64,000 nt of DNA from Clostridia bacterium (GCA_017457305.1 JAFTHP010000044.1:118411-182410), one strand, 5' to 3'; shown: positions 36,785 to 45,494, numbered from the stretch's first letter. Numbers and translations: made by a program. The notes: generated from the sequence alone by a model not told the origin.

Positions 36785-37828
36785 TCACTTTTGAAAAAAT
36801 CGATCAATAGAACTTACCATAACACCATTTAAATACAGCTCCATATGGATATGAGATGGATATTCCCCGCTATTTAGCTTGTCCATTTCCAGTTGGAAAT
36901 GCGTGCACGCAGCTTCCCAGTTAGCTTCGGCACCTATTTCGCCACAGTTTACTGTTCCAATGACTTGACCTTTCCTAACGGTATCACCCACGTTCAAGCT
37001 TGCGTCTATCAACACATACTTATATGTAGCAGTATAGCCATCGTCGCTGGCTATGGTTATGACGTGGGGATACAACAAATCTTGGGTAATTTCTGTTATT
37101 GTTCCTCTAAACATTGCGTAAACTTTTGCACCCTCATTGCCGTATATATCGTAGCCATTGTGTGGGCCATAGGTGTTTAGTGTAAAACTGTGATAGAAAT
37201 CGTCATGGTGAATAATAATTTTTCCGTTTTCAACTGGAAAAACAAACGTTGTACCTCCACCAGATAGACCTATAACCAATGCAACTACACCAATAGCTAC
37301 CACCACTAAGATTATTGCAATCAACCAAACTTTACTTATTCGCTTGGTGTGCTTGACTTTACTCTTTGGTTGCGATTGCACCGCTCCAACGTTGCCATAG
37401 TATACGTCTTCCACTTTTAGTTGGAAGGTTTTGGCAATATGTAAAATAAGCAAAATATCAGGGCAAATTACACCGCGCTCCCACTTGGAAATGGTATCTG
37501 CACGAACTTCAATTTTGTTGGCAAATTCCAGCTGACTTAAACCAAGATTCTTGCGAATAATGCAAATTGTTGAAGCTAATCTTTTTGTAGAAAAACTGCT
37601 AGCTGATGGCAAATTACCATCATCTTGTCCCAAAAGTGTTGATATAGATACGTTTAGCGCCTTGGAAATACTATCAAACATTGCAATGTCAGGCAAAACA
37701 ACGTCTCGTTCCCACTTGCTAACCGTTTGATAATGCACACCCAAATCCAATGCTAGCTGATTTTGCGTAATGCCTTTTTCCGTTCTGATGCTTTTTAATG
37801 TTTGACCGAAAGAAAACACATTGTCCAT
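36785..37828 (-). CDS. Membrane-tethered regulator candidate: two XRE-type HTH domains, one TM helix, extracytoplasmic M23 (LytM) peptidase domain
   Basis: HTH1 is GITQNQLALDLGVHYQTVSKWERD. HTH2 is GLSQLEFANKIEVRADTISKWERG. TM helix is VWLIAIILVVVAIGVVALVIGL. M23 motifs are HNGYD and SHIHMEL. I prefer the ATG at 37828. Confidence 0.75.
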   Translation of the reverse strand: MDNVFSFGQTLKSIRTEKGITQNQLALDLGVHYQTVSKWERDVVLPDIAMFDSISKALNVSISTLLGQDDGNLPSASSFSTKRLASTICIIRKNLGLSQLEFANKIEVRADTISKWERGVICPDILLILHIAKTFQLKVEDVYYGNVGAVQSQPKSKVKHTKRISKVWLIAIILVVVAIGVVALVIGLSGGGTTFVFPVENGKIIIHHDDFYHSFTLNTYGPHNGYDIYGNEGAKVYAMFRGTITEITQDLLYPHVITIASDDGYTATYKYVLIDASLNVGDTVRKGQVIGTVNCGEIGAEANWEAACTHFQLEMDKLNSGEYPSHIHMELYLNGVMVSSIDRFFQK

Positions 37829-38060
37829 AGTTAATCTCTTTGCGCCCACCTTAATTATTTTTGTTCAATAGCTTACAAAACCTTTGATACACTGATATTA
37901 TACCACAACTATAAATCTTTTGCGATAGTTTACAAAAATTAGTCGTCAATATTTATCAAAATGGAACTATTACTCTCATTAGTTGCACACTAGTTACTGT
38001 AGAGAAACACATATTCTCTATCAACGGGAAATATGTAGAGGCCTTTTGCGAAAATACCCA

Positions 38061-38089
38061 TTGAAAAAACATTTCATTTGTGCTACAAT
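38061..38089 (+). promoter_or_regulatory. Promoter of the GPH-type transporter gene
   Basis: TTGAAA, 17-nt spacer, TGCTACAAT. Confidence 0.55.
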
Positions 38090-38129
38090 ATTATAACAAA
38101 AAGCATGATTTACTAAAGGGGAAATAACT

Positions 38130-39587
38130 GTGAAAACAAATGCAAAATTGAAACGTGGAGGACTTTCCGCAAAGCATTGGTTTGGGTATATGTTTGGTGA
38201 CTTTGGTGGATGTATGACATTTGCGCTGATGGCAAGCATATTTTCCATGTATTGTACCAACGTGCTCAAAATAGACACAACGGTAATGGGTATTTTGACC
38301 ATTGTGTGGACCATTTGGGATGCAGTAAACGATCCAATGATGGGTGCGCTGATGGACAGAGCCTTTGCAAAAAGCAAAAACAAACGTGGCAAGTTCCGTC
38401 CATGGCTACTACGCGCAACTCCACTACTTGCTGTAACTGCCATTGCAATGTGGACAGTGCCAACATTTATGGACGGTATTCCATTGTTGGTAGCATTGTT
38501 CTCTTTCAAGATTTTGTACGAAGGCTCCTACACAATGTTCAACATCCCAATGGGATCACTGTTGTCGGCAATGTCCACAAACGACACCGAACGCGCATCT
38601 CTTTCTTCCGCACGTGGAGTTGGTAGCGCATTTGGCAATATGATTCCTGGTATGATTGGTCCCGTTATTATTGGTTTGTTTGGCGAAAACAACTCCACTG
38701 GATACATGATTACCGGTTGCGGATGTGCTATACTGGGCTTTGTGGTATGCTTGTTGCACTACTTCTTCACAGAAGAACGTCATGTGGTTACAGAAAAAAC
38801 CAATGCCGATAATATCAAGCTAACAGATATTTTGCAAGTGTTCAAAAACAACCGCGCCTTTGTTGCCCTTTGTATACACGGCATTTGTATTTGCACAATG
38901 CAATACCTAACGGAAAACTTGAGTATGTACATGTACTCAGCCGTTTACAACGACGTTACCTACAAAACTATCGCATCGGTACTTTCTGCGCCATTTATGG
39001 TGGCATCTATGGCACTCGTTCCCTTTATTTGCAAAAAGCTTGGGTTGGAAAAGGTTATTCGCCACTCCTTGCTGATTGGTGGCGCAGTGTGCATAGGCTT
39101 GTTTACAATGCACCTATTTATGGAAGTCAGTCCATTGCTACACGGTGTGTTGCTAGGTATTGGGTCAGGTATGGCCATGGTATCCATACAAATGCAGTGG
39201 GGATTGGTTGGTGAAGCCATCGACTACAACGAATATGCAACAGGAAAACGCACCGAAGGTTCCATCTATGGTACGTTTAACCTTTCACGTCGAATAGGTC
39301 AAACTGTAGGTCTAGGGTTCAGTTTTTTTGCACTTGATTGGATCAACTACAACCCAAATCTTACCACACAAACAAGCCAAACTGTTTTTGGATTCAAGAT
39401 ACTGTGCGTTCTTGTACCAGCAATATTTATCTTCGGTTCTTGGGCGGCCTTCAAATTTGTTTGGAATATCACCCCAAAAGTACGCGAAAAAATGAATGCC
39501 TACAAGGCTCAAACAACAGAACAATCCACCATTGACACCACTTCAACAACTAGTCAAGATTGTCAATCATCCGATTGTACCAATTAG
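38130..39587 (+). CDS. Glycoside-pentoside-hexuronide (GPH):cation symporter family MFS transporter
   Basis: 485 aa, about 12 TM helices. FGYMFGDFGG and DAVNDPMMGALMDR motifs typical of GPH/MelB-like carriers. GTG start with an AGGGGA RBS. Confidence 0.8.
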   Translation: MKTNAKLKRGGLSAKHWFGYMFGDFGGCMTFALMASIFSMYCTNVLKIDTTVMGILTIVWTIWDAVNDPMMGALMDRAFAKSKNKRGKFRPWLLRATPLLAVTAIAMWTVPTFMDGIPLLVALFSFKILYEGSYTMFNIPMGSLLSAMSTNDTERASLSSARGVGSAFGNMIPGMIGPVIIGLFGENNSTGYMITGCGCAILGFVVCLLHYFFTEERHVVTEKTNADNIKLTDILQVFKNNRAFVALCIHGICICTMQYLTENLSMYMYSAVYNDVTYKTIASVLSAPFMVASMALVPFICKKLGLEKVIRHSLLIGGAVCIGLFTMHLFMEVSPLLHGVLLGIGSGMAMVSIQMQWGLVGEAIDYNEYATGKRTEGSIYGTFNLSRRIGQTVGLGFSFFALDWINYNPNLTTQTSQTVFGFKILCVLVPAIFIFGSWAAFKFVWNITPKVREKMNAYKAQTTEQSTIDTTSTTSQDCQSSDCTN

Positions 39588-39698
39588 GACGCAACCAGAG
39601 TACAATAGGGTTTGCCTATCATATCGTTTTATAACTAACAAGATTTACAATTCCTTGCCTACGCAAAGGATTGTTAACACAACTAAAAGGAATTACTT

Positions 39699-41036
39699 AT
39701 GCAACACATTGTAAACACTCGCTGCGGAGCTGTCCAAGGCGTTCAACTATCAAATGGCACAATAGCCTACAAAGGCATTAGATACGCAACTGCTGGCCGT
39801 TTTGAATATCCCACCGAAGTAACCAGTTGGGAAGGCATCTACGACGCATCAGACTACGGTGCGTGCGCATATCAAGCGCGCTCCTTTGTAAACGAAGCCG
39901 AACTGCCCCAAAAAGCTTTCTATTTCAACGAATTTCGACGTGGAGTAGACTACACCTACAGCGAAGATTGCTTGTTTTTGAACATCTTCACTCCGCAACA
40001 AAAAGGGGAAAAACTACCCGTTATTTTGTATATCCACGGCGGAAGCTTTACTGGCGGTTCAGCCAACGAAAAACACTTTATTGACCCCATTTGGCCTACA
40101 AAAGGGGTAATTGGTGTAACAATAAACTATCGCTTGGGACCACTTGGCTTTGCCGTGTTGCCACAACTACAACAAGAAGTTGGCAAAACGGGCAACTACG
40201 GCCTATACGACCAACTAACCGCCTTCCAATGGGTACAACACAATATAGAAGCTTTTGGCGGAGATCTCAATAACATCACTATTATGGGACAAAGCGCTGG
40301 CGCAATGAGCGTTCAACAGCATTGCCTTTCGCCTTTATCCAAAGGATTGTTCCACAAAGCTGTTATGATAAGCGGCGGCGGACTAAGTAAAATGCTTAGT
40401 GCATCAAAACCGGAAAAATATTTCGATTTTTGGCAGATGATAATGCAAAAATGCGGTGCCACCACTCTGGAAGAATTTAGGTCCGTACCAGTAGAAACAC
40501 TCTACCAAGTTTGGCAAAAAAACAAAAAATCAACTCTTGGTGGCGGATGCTTCCCCTGCATTGATGGTCAGCTGATAATTGACAAAGGACATAAAGTGCT
40601 AAAATCTGGCAGACAACACAATATACCATATTTGATTGGCACCACTAGTGAGGATATGGTTCCACCAATATTGTACTCAATGGCTCAAAACTGGTGTAAA
40701 AAACAAAATTCTCCTGCCTACTTGTGGTACTTCGAACACAAGTTGCCGGGGGATGATCATGGTGCATGGCACTCAGCAGACCTTTGGTACTGGTTTGGTA
40801 CACTACCCAACTGTTGGCGTCCTTTTGATAAAAAAGACTACGACCTTTCGGAAGAAATGGTAAATCGTCTTGTAGCCTTTGCACAAACTGGAAATCCCAA
40901 TGTAGATGGTCTTGCAACGTGGACACCAGCCGGCAAAAAAGCTCTAGTTTTTGGCAATGACGCAACAACACTAGGCAAACCATCCAAACTCAAAATGTGG
41001 AAAACAATGTTCACAGTAAAAAATCCTGGAGAATAA
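39699..41036 (+). CDS. Carboxylesterase type B (para-nitrobenzyl esterase-like)
   Basis: EDCLFLNIFTP, IHGGSFTGGS and GQSAGA nucleophile elbow. Confidence 0.85.
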   Translation: MQHIVNTRCGAVQGVQLSNGTIAYKGIRYATAGRFEYPTEVTSWEGIYDASDYGACAYQARSFVNEAELPQKAFYFNEFRRGVDYTYSEDCLFLNIFTPQQKGEKLPVILYIHGGSFTGGSANEKHFIDPIWPTKGVIGVTINYRLGPLGFAVLPQLQQEVGKTGNYGLYDQLTAFQWVQHNIEAFGGDLNNITIMGQSAGAMSVQQHCLSPLSKGLFHKAVMISGGGLSKMLSASKPEKYFDFWQMIMQKCGATTLEEFRSVPVETLYQVWQKNKKSTLGGGCFPCIDGQLIIDKGHKVLKSGRQHNIPYLIGTTSEDMVPPILYSMAQNWCKKQNSPAYLWYFEHKLPGDDHGAWHSADLWYWFGTLPNCWRPFDKKDYDLSEEMVNRLVAFAQTGNPNVDGLATWTPAGKKALVFGNDATTLGKPSKLKMWKTMFTVKNPGE

Positions 41037-41062
41037 CACAAAATTAATCCACACATAAAAAA

Positions 41063-41133
41063 AAAAAGCAGTCCACATTGTGTGAACTGCTTTCTTTTTG
41101 CGACCAAAACGGTGTCGCCAGCCGTTGGCGGAG
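41063..41133. repeat. Distal direct repeat: copy of the tRNA-Ser 3' terminal 8 nt plus its downstream flank and terminator hairpin
   Basis: Differs from 45882-45951 by 3 mismatches and a 1-nt indel (aligned by eye). The hairpin GCAGTCCACA/TGTGAACTGC also terminates the esterase gene. Confidence 0.8.
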
Positions 41134-41472
41134 TGTGTGATTCACTCATTGAACTCTTCATTGAATTTTAGCTTTTTGGTTTAATATTTTGTTCCGTTGT
41201 TTTATTTATCTTTATCGTGATAAATTTATCATTTTCGAAATATCCAATAGATAAAATAGTTTTATCTATATAAAAATCACCAAATTTTTCTTTAGACAAG
41301 CCGGTTTCTCTGCGATATTCTTTCGTAATCCATAATATAGTAGTTCAAAACATCAGTCGCAGCAACTTCTACATTTGCAGGGTCGCTTAGGAAGTCACAA
41401 ACGCAATTAACTACGTACAGTTCAATGGCATCCTTGTGTTCTCTACGTTTGTCACATTTACCCTTTCTTTAG

Positions 41473-41688
41473 TTACTTGAAAATCATAAATGCAATGATA
41501 ACAAATGCTAACAACGTTTCTATAGCTTCCCAACTTGCGCCATTAGCAATAAAAGATATTACCAAAATTACCGCAATGGCAATACCAATCAGTCCTCCGC
41601 AACCGGGGACTCGACCAGATCCTCCGCCTGAACCACCAGATGTGCTTTTGTATGAGTTGTATTCTCCCGAACTATGTATATTTCGCAT
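41473..41688 (-). CDS. Small Gly-rich membrane protein, 71 aa (paralog of 45310-45462)
   Basis: ...YKSTSGGSGGGSGRVPGCGG followed by two hydrophobic helices. AGGAG RBS, 10 nt after the upstream stop. Confidence 0.55.
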   Translation of the reverse strand: MRNIHSSGEYNSYKSTSGGSGGGSGRVPGCGGLIGIAIAVILVISFIANGASWEAIETLLAFVIIAFMIFK

Positions 41689-41698
41689 ACTTGTCTCC

Positions 41699-42001
41699 TT
41701 AGCTCAATAGCATTGTTTCAAAATCTACAAAGATTTCTTTTCTACCCTTGTCCCCCTTGAGAATATGGTGGTACAACATCGCGCTTACCCAGTTGTGTGG
41801 TTGGATTAGAGATAGTGTCATATCCCCATTTAGTCCCACAATTAAACGCTCTTTGACAGTTTCTCGTTGTTGCAATCTTTCTTCTGGTATAAATCCTTCG
41901 TATTGTGCCAACGCAAGGAACGCTTGAGCAGCCCATTCAGAATGAATAAATACGTAGACTCTCTTTTTCTTTCGTAATAAGCTTTTGATTGTTCTTTTCA
42001 T
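41699..42001 (-). CDS. Hypothetical 100-aa protein, first gene downstream of a SAM riboswitch
   Basis: AAAGGAG RBS 7 nt from the ATG. No motif recognised. Confidence 0.5.
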   Translation of the reverse strand: MKRTIKSLLRKKKRVYVFIHSEWAAQAFLALAQYEGFIPEERLQQRETVKERLIVGLNGDMTLSLIQPHNWVSAMLYHHILKGDKGRKEIFVDFETMLLS

Positions 42002-42039
42002 TATGTATCTCCTTTATGGCAATAATTCCACAAAGAGGC

Positions 42040-42170
42040 AAAAGAAAAAACCATCGACATGATGGGTTTGCGCGCATAAATATCCCCATCATTCAGCCTT
42101 TAGCACCTTGCCTAACGGTAGGTTGCTGTGCGATCAAAGGGGCTGTCCCTCACGCACTCTTTATGGTAAT
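42040..42170 (-). promoter_or_regulatory. SAM-I (S-box) riboswitch candidate with terminator expression platform
   Basis: Minus strand CAUAAAGAG-UGCGUGAGGGACAGCCCCUUUGAUCGCAC-AGCAACC...GGUGCUAAA...UUUAUG, then a CCAUC/GAUGG hairpin with U6. ATGATGGG/CCCATCAT is a candidate alternative pairing. Confidence 0.7.
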
Positions 42171-42173
42171 TAT

Positions 42174-42202
42174 ATTATAACACGAATAAAATACGCTGTC
42201 AA
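42174..42202 (-). promoter_or_regulatory. Consensus promoter driving the riboswitch
   Basis: Minus strand TTGACA (42202-42197), 17-nt spacer, TATAAT (42179-42174). Confidence 0.7.
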
Positions 42203-42232
42203 GAAGTTAATAGGGTAGAGGAGAATAGTTGT

Positions 42233-42453
42233 AAAAAGGCCTACAAGTTGCCATGTAAGCCCTAAAAATAACTATTTTGTCCAATTGCCGTATTTATCTC
42301 GTTTTTGTGTCATCCAGAAAGTGGGTGTTGGCGCTTCAATAATTTGAGTTGGGAAGATGATCCCCGCAATACCCCTAAAACAAAAATAAGTCGGCCGCAT
42401 TTTAGAATGCGACCGACACTGGCGGAGTTTGTGCTTCACTCATTGAACTCTTG
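42233..42453 (-). repeat. Scar module 1: island-side arm plus tRNA 3' core (42420-42453), terminator hairpin, 42-codon ORF remnant (42272-42400), terminator (42233-42270)
   Basis: 42420-42453 matches 41126-41159 at 31 of 34 positions. 42233-42301 resembles 45545-45613. Confidence 0.6.
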
Positions 42454-42701
42454 TTGTTTTTTCTATTTCTTCATATATGCTTTTTCTTTCGTTAAACATA
42501 GTTCATTCCTTTTTATTTTATCAAAAGTTGTTAGATTTGTCAAACAATCAATTATGAAAGTAACTTAGTTTGAATTAATAAATAATTTTTTTTATAGAGA
42601 TTTTCCCCAAATGACACATTTTGTTGAACTATACGCTCGTATTGTCCACTTTAATTGCTTTATTTGCTCAAATATGATAAAATAAAATAAAGGAGTTGAT
42701 T

Positions 42702-44204
42702 ATGTACTTTTCAGAAAAATTCGGAATTGAAAAAAGTTTAATAGAAAAATATGGAGCGATAAATATTTCTTTAGTCTGCGATTTACCTTTGTTTATTGAC
42801 CCAATGTTAATATTTAATAGCAAAAAGAAAGAATATAAAAAGTTACACGATTATTTAATAAAGTTTTTTGCTTTCTTAACAGATAAATCAAAAAGCGAAG
42901 TAAAGATAGATGACATTATGGCTTATTTTATGTTTCCTGAAATTAAAAACAATTGGTTGGGATATTCAAAAGTTGGCAACGAAGGACGTGGATTAGGCAC
43001 AGCGTTTGCACACTTTTTATCCAAAAATCTAAAGTTTATTATGGCTGATAATGGAATATCTAAATCTAAGCACGTTGAGAAAGCACTTTTAATTTATGAC
43101 GGCAACGGAAAAGATAAAATTAGTGATTTAACGGTAAATTTAATTTTAGACTATTTGGCTACTTATACTCAAAAATTTGCGAAACAATATATTGATCCAA
43201 AATATATTGATTATTTTTATTTAGATTCTAAATTTAATTTTAAAACACAAAGTTTTGAAAGTATAGAATATGAACTTCCTTATATTATCAACAAAAAAGG
43301 CGAAAAAGAATACGTGCTTTTAACTCCTTATGATATTTTGAGGGAAGATGACCCTGCTATTAGTAAAAGCAATTTAAAACATTTATATAGTAGAGTTAGA
43401 AATGGAATAAGTAATGAAGCACACCGAGCTCAATTAAACAACTATATAAGTATTGCTGTAAAAAAATATAAACTTTCACAGCATAGGAAAAAGAAGAAAA
43501 TAACTGATGCCGCATTAGAATCAATTGAACGAAAAGCTTTTTTCCAAGCTCTTAAGGAAAAAGAATTTGCATGGTTGTATGATTATTTTATTAAAATAAT
43601 AGAAGAAAGTGGGGCTGAAATTAACGAGCAAGCAATGCAAGAGTGCGTTGACCAAATAGAAAGATTCTACAAAACATCTGAAGAATTAAAGTCTTTATTA
43701 CTTGCTAATTCTAAAAATTATATCGCGACATCCAATACGGCAAGAGAAGAGTTATTACACAAAATATTATTCCTTAAAGATACTATAGAAAACAATGAAG
43801 GCTATAAGTTACTTTATCATAAGGATGTTTGTATTACAAATGAAGATAATTTAGAAAGACTATTTAGATTTACTTTAGATGGCACACCGTTTGACTTTAA
43901 CTTTGATGCTAATAACGGTAATGGTGAATATGATATTAAGGCATCTAAAGGAAGCGCAGATAAATGTCTTGCTGAATTGAAATTGGCTAGTAATTCAAGA
44001 CTAAGTCATATATTTGAACAGACAAAAACTTACGAAAAGGCAAATAAATGCAAAGAGTCTCTTTATGTTATTTTCTTTTTTAATGATGATGAAAAAATAA
44101 AAATTGACAACTTGTTTAGAAAGGATGAAAATTTTAAAAAGAATAAGGATTCAATTGTTCTAATAGATTGTAGAAAAAACAGAAAATCAGCTTCAAAAAG
44201 ATAG
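42702..44204 (+). CDS. Hypothetical 500-aa protein, very AT-rich, with a C-terminal PD-(D/E)xK-like nuclease motif pattern
   Basis: AGGAG RBS and ATG at 42702. C-terminal ...NEDNLERLF...GEYDIKASKGSADKCLAELKLA...EQTKTY fits E / D / ExK / Q spacing. The N-terminal ~380 aa are unrecognised. Confidence 0.6.
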   Translation: MYFSEKFGIEKSLIEKYGAINISLVCDLPLFIDPMLIFNSKKKEYKKLHDYLIKFFAFLTDKSKSEVKIDDIMAYFMFPEIKNNWLGYSKVGNEGRGLGTAFAHFLSKNLKFIMADNGISKSKHVEKALLIYDGNGKDKISDLTVNLILDYLATYTQKFAKQYIDPKYIDYFYLDSKFNFKTQSFESIEYELPYIINKKGEKEYVLLTPYDILREDDPAISKSNLKHLYSRVRNGISNEAHRAQLNNYISIAVKKYKLSQHRKKKKITDAALESIERKAFFQALKEKEFAWLYDYFIKIIEESGAEINEQAMQECVDQIERFYKTSEELKSLLLANSKNYIATSNTAREELLHKILFLKDTIENNEGYKLLYHKDVCITNEDNLERLFRFTLDGTPFDFNFDANNGNGEYDIKASKGSADKCLAELKLASNSRLSHIFEQTKTYEKANKCKESLYVIFFFNDDEKIKIDNLFRKDENFKKNKDSIVLIDCRKNRKSASKR

Positions 44205-44207
44205 AGA

Positions 44208-44244
44208 AACAGGTCTACTCGGTGATAAGTAGACCTGTTTTGTT
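44208..44244 (+). terminator. Rho-independent terminator
   Basis: ACAGGTCTACT-cggtgata-AGTAGACCTGT followed by TTTTG. Confidence 0.8.
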
Positions 44245-44446
44245 ATTTGATTTTTAAGAAGCATTTTTCTAAGGCTTCGAATAAATGTATGCTGTAAATT
44301 TACATTCGCTATATTGTATCGCAAAATTAGACTCCTTTCAATACGATAAATCAATTGGGCGGAAAATTAGTATCATAATTTATTTCTGAAATGGTACATA
44401 TAAAGCAAGCCAAGATTTGGTAAAATTACGCAAAACTAAGCGAGGT

Positions 44447-44475
44447 TTGACATTGCTATAATAATATGGTATAAT
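44447..44475 (+). promoter_or_regulatory. Consensus extended -10 promoter for the EEP gene
   Basis: TTGACA, 17-nt spacer, TGGTATAAT. Confidence 0.7.
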
Positions 44476-44506
44476 TTCCAAAATATTTAGGAACGGCCAA
44501 CTGACT

Positions 44507-45286
44507 ATGAGCAACAAAATTCAAGTAGTAAATTGGAATATTAGCTATATGGGAAATCACGAAAGAAAGTTGGATTTCTTGTTCTCTCTGTTGCAGGATA
44601 ACTATTGTGTTTTGTTGCAAGAAGTCAAACCACACGTGTACGAGTACATAAAGTCTAACTATCCAGACAATACTATTCTTTACTCGCTTAATTACCGTAA
44701 GCCCAGTAATTTTGACTCTGATGCGAGAAAGCTCGGTGTGATGATAATATTAAGTAAAAACATCAATGTTAAAGAAGCTGGCGTTATAGAACGTAATGTG
44801 TTTCCAGACAGAACGCTGTATGCAACAGTAGGTATCAACAGTGCTGAGTTGAAAATTTTAGCATTGCACTCCATTACAGGATGTGGCTATTACAAAGCAA
44901 AGTCCGTTCAATATGATTCCTTTACGGAGTTTATAGACGTATACTCTCCAGGGATTATTGGTATAGATGCTAACGAACCACAAATTGATTCCTATGATGT
45001 GGATAAAATGAAGTTCTTTGATAACGGAACGGGTGCAAGAACATTTTTCCATCATGTCAAAACCAAAGGGTTGTGCGATACCTTTGTGAAGTACAAAAAC
45101 ATTGTAGATTGTATTGAAGGAACTCCCATAGCAATATCTCACAACGTCAAAAGAAAAGGCCCTGTTAGATATGATTTTTTGTTCTCCAACAATTCATTTG
45201 AGATAACAAGCTGCGATTATTTATACGATGATGCAATAAAATCTGGCAGCGATCACGCGATAATTGTGGCAGAATTTGAAATTTAG
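44507..45286 (+). CDS. Endonuclease/exonuclease/phosphatase (EEP) fold protein
   Basis: 259 aa. VVNWNI near the N-terminus, LLQEV catalytic-Glu context, GIDANE, and a C-terminal SDHAIIVAEFEI. Confidence 0.7.
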   Translation: MSNKIQVVNWNISYMGNHERKLDFLFSLLQDNYCVLLQEVKPHVYEYIKSNYPDNTILYSLNYRKPSNFDSDARKLGVMIILSKNINVKEAGVIERNVFPDRTLYATVGINSAELKILALHSITGCGYYKAKSVQYDSFTEFIDVYSPGIIGIDANEPQIDSYDVDKMKFFDNGTGARTFFHHVKTKGLCDTFVKYKNIVDCIEGTPIAISHNVKRKGPVRYDFLFSNNSFEITSCDYLYDDAIKSGSDHAIIVAEFEI

Positions 45287-45309
45287 CATAGATAGAAAGG
45301 AGAATATTT

Positions 45310-45462
45310 ATGCCTAACATGGACGATTTTCACGCATTTAAAAGTACAGGAGGAGGAAGTGGCGGTTCTGGAGGAGGATCTGGAGGCGGTGGTTGCTTTC
45401 CACGAGTAATTTTTATAGGACTTGTCATTTTACTACTTTATCTATTAGGTAAATGCTCGTAA
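45310..45462 (+). CDS. Small Gly-rich membrane peptide, 50 aa (too short for the ORF track)
   Basis: Hand translation: MPNMDDFHAFKSTGGGSGGSGGGSGGGGCFPRVIFIGLVILLLYLLGKCS. AAAGGAG RBS, 23 nt after the EEP stop. Confidence 0.55.
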   Translation: MPNMDDFHAFKSTGGGSGGSGGGSGGGGCFPRVIFIGLVILLLYLLGKCS

Positions 45463-45494
45463 AAAACATTATTAACAAAATAACCCTACATTTT

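Noticed and set aside
38021-38509. 162-aa minus-strand ORF overlapping the promoter and 5' part of the GPH transporter gene
   Set aside because: It is antisense to a well-supported 12-TM transporter gene. It has no RBS and a low-complexity translation, so it is most likely a shadow ORF.
41126-41159. Considered whether TGGCGGAG plus TGTGTGATTCACTCATTGAACTC (and its copy at 42420) is the 3' half of a second tRNA
   Set aside because: The reverse complement has no T-stem flanking the TTCAAT-like segment and no matching acceptor stem. It is better explained as the island-side att arm.
42305-42568. 87-aa plus-strand ORF crossing scar module 1
   Set aside because: It runs antisense across the att-like core, terminator hairpin and ORF remnant. 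It has no RBS and unconvincing sequence.
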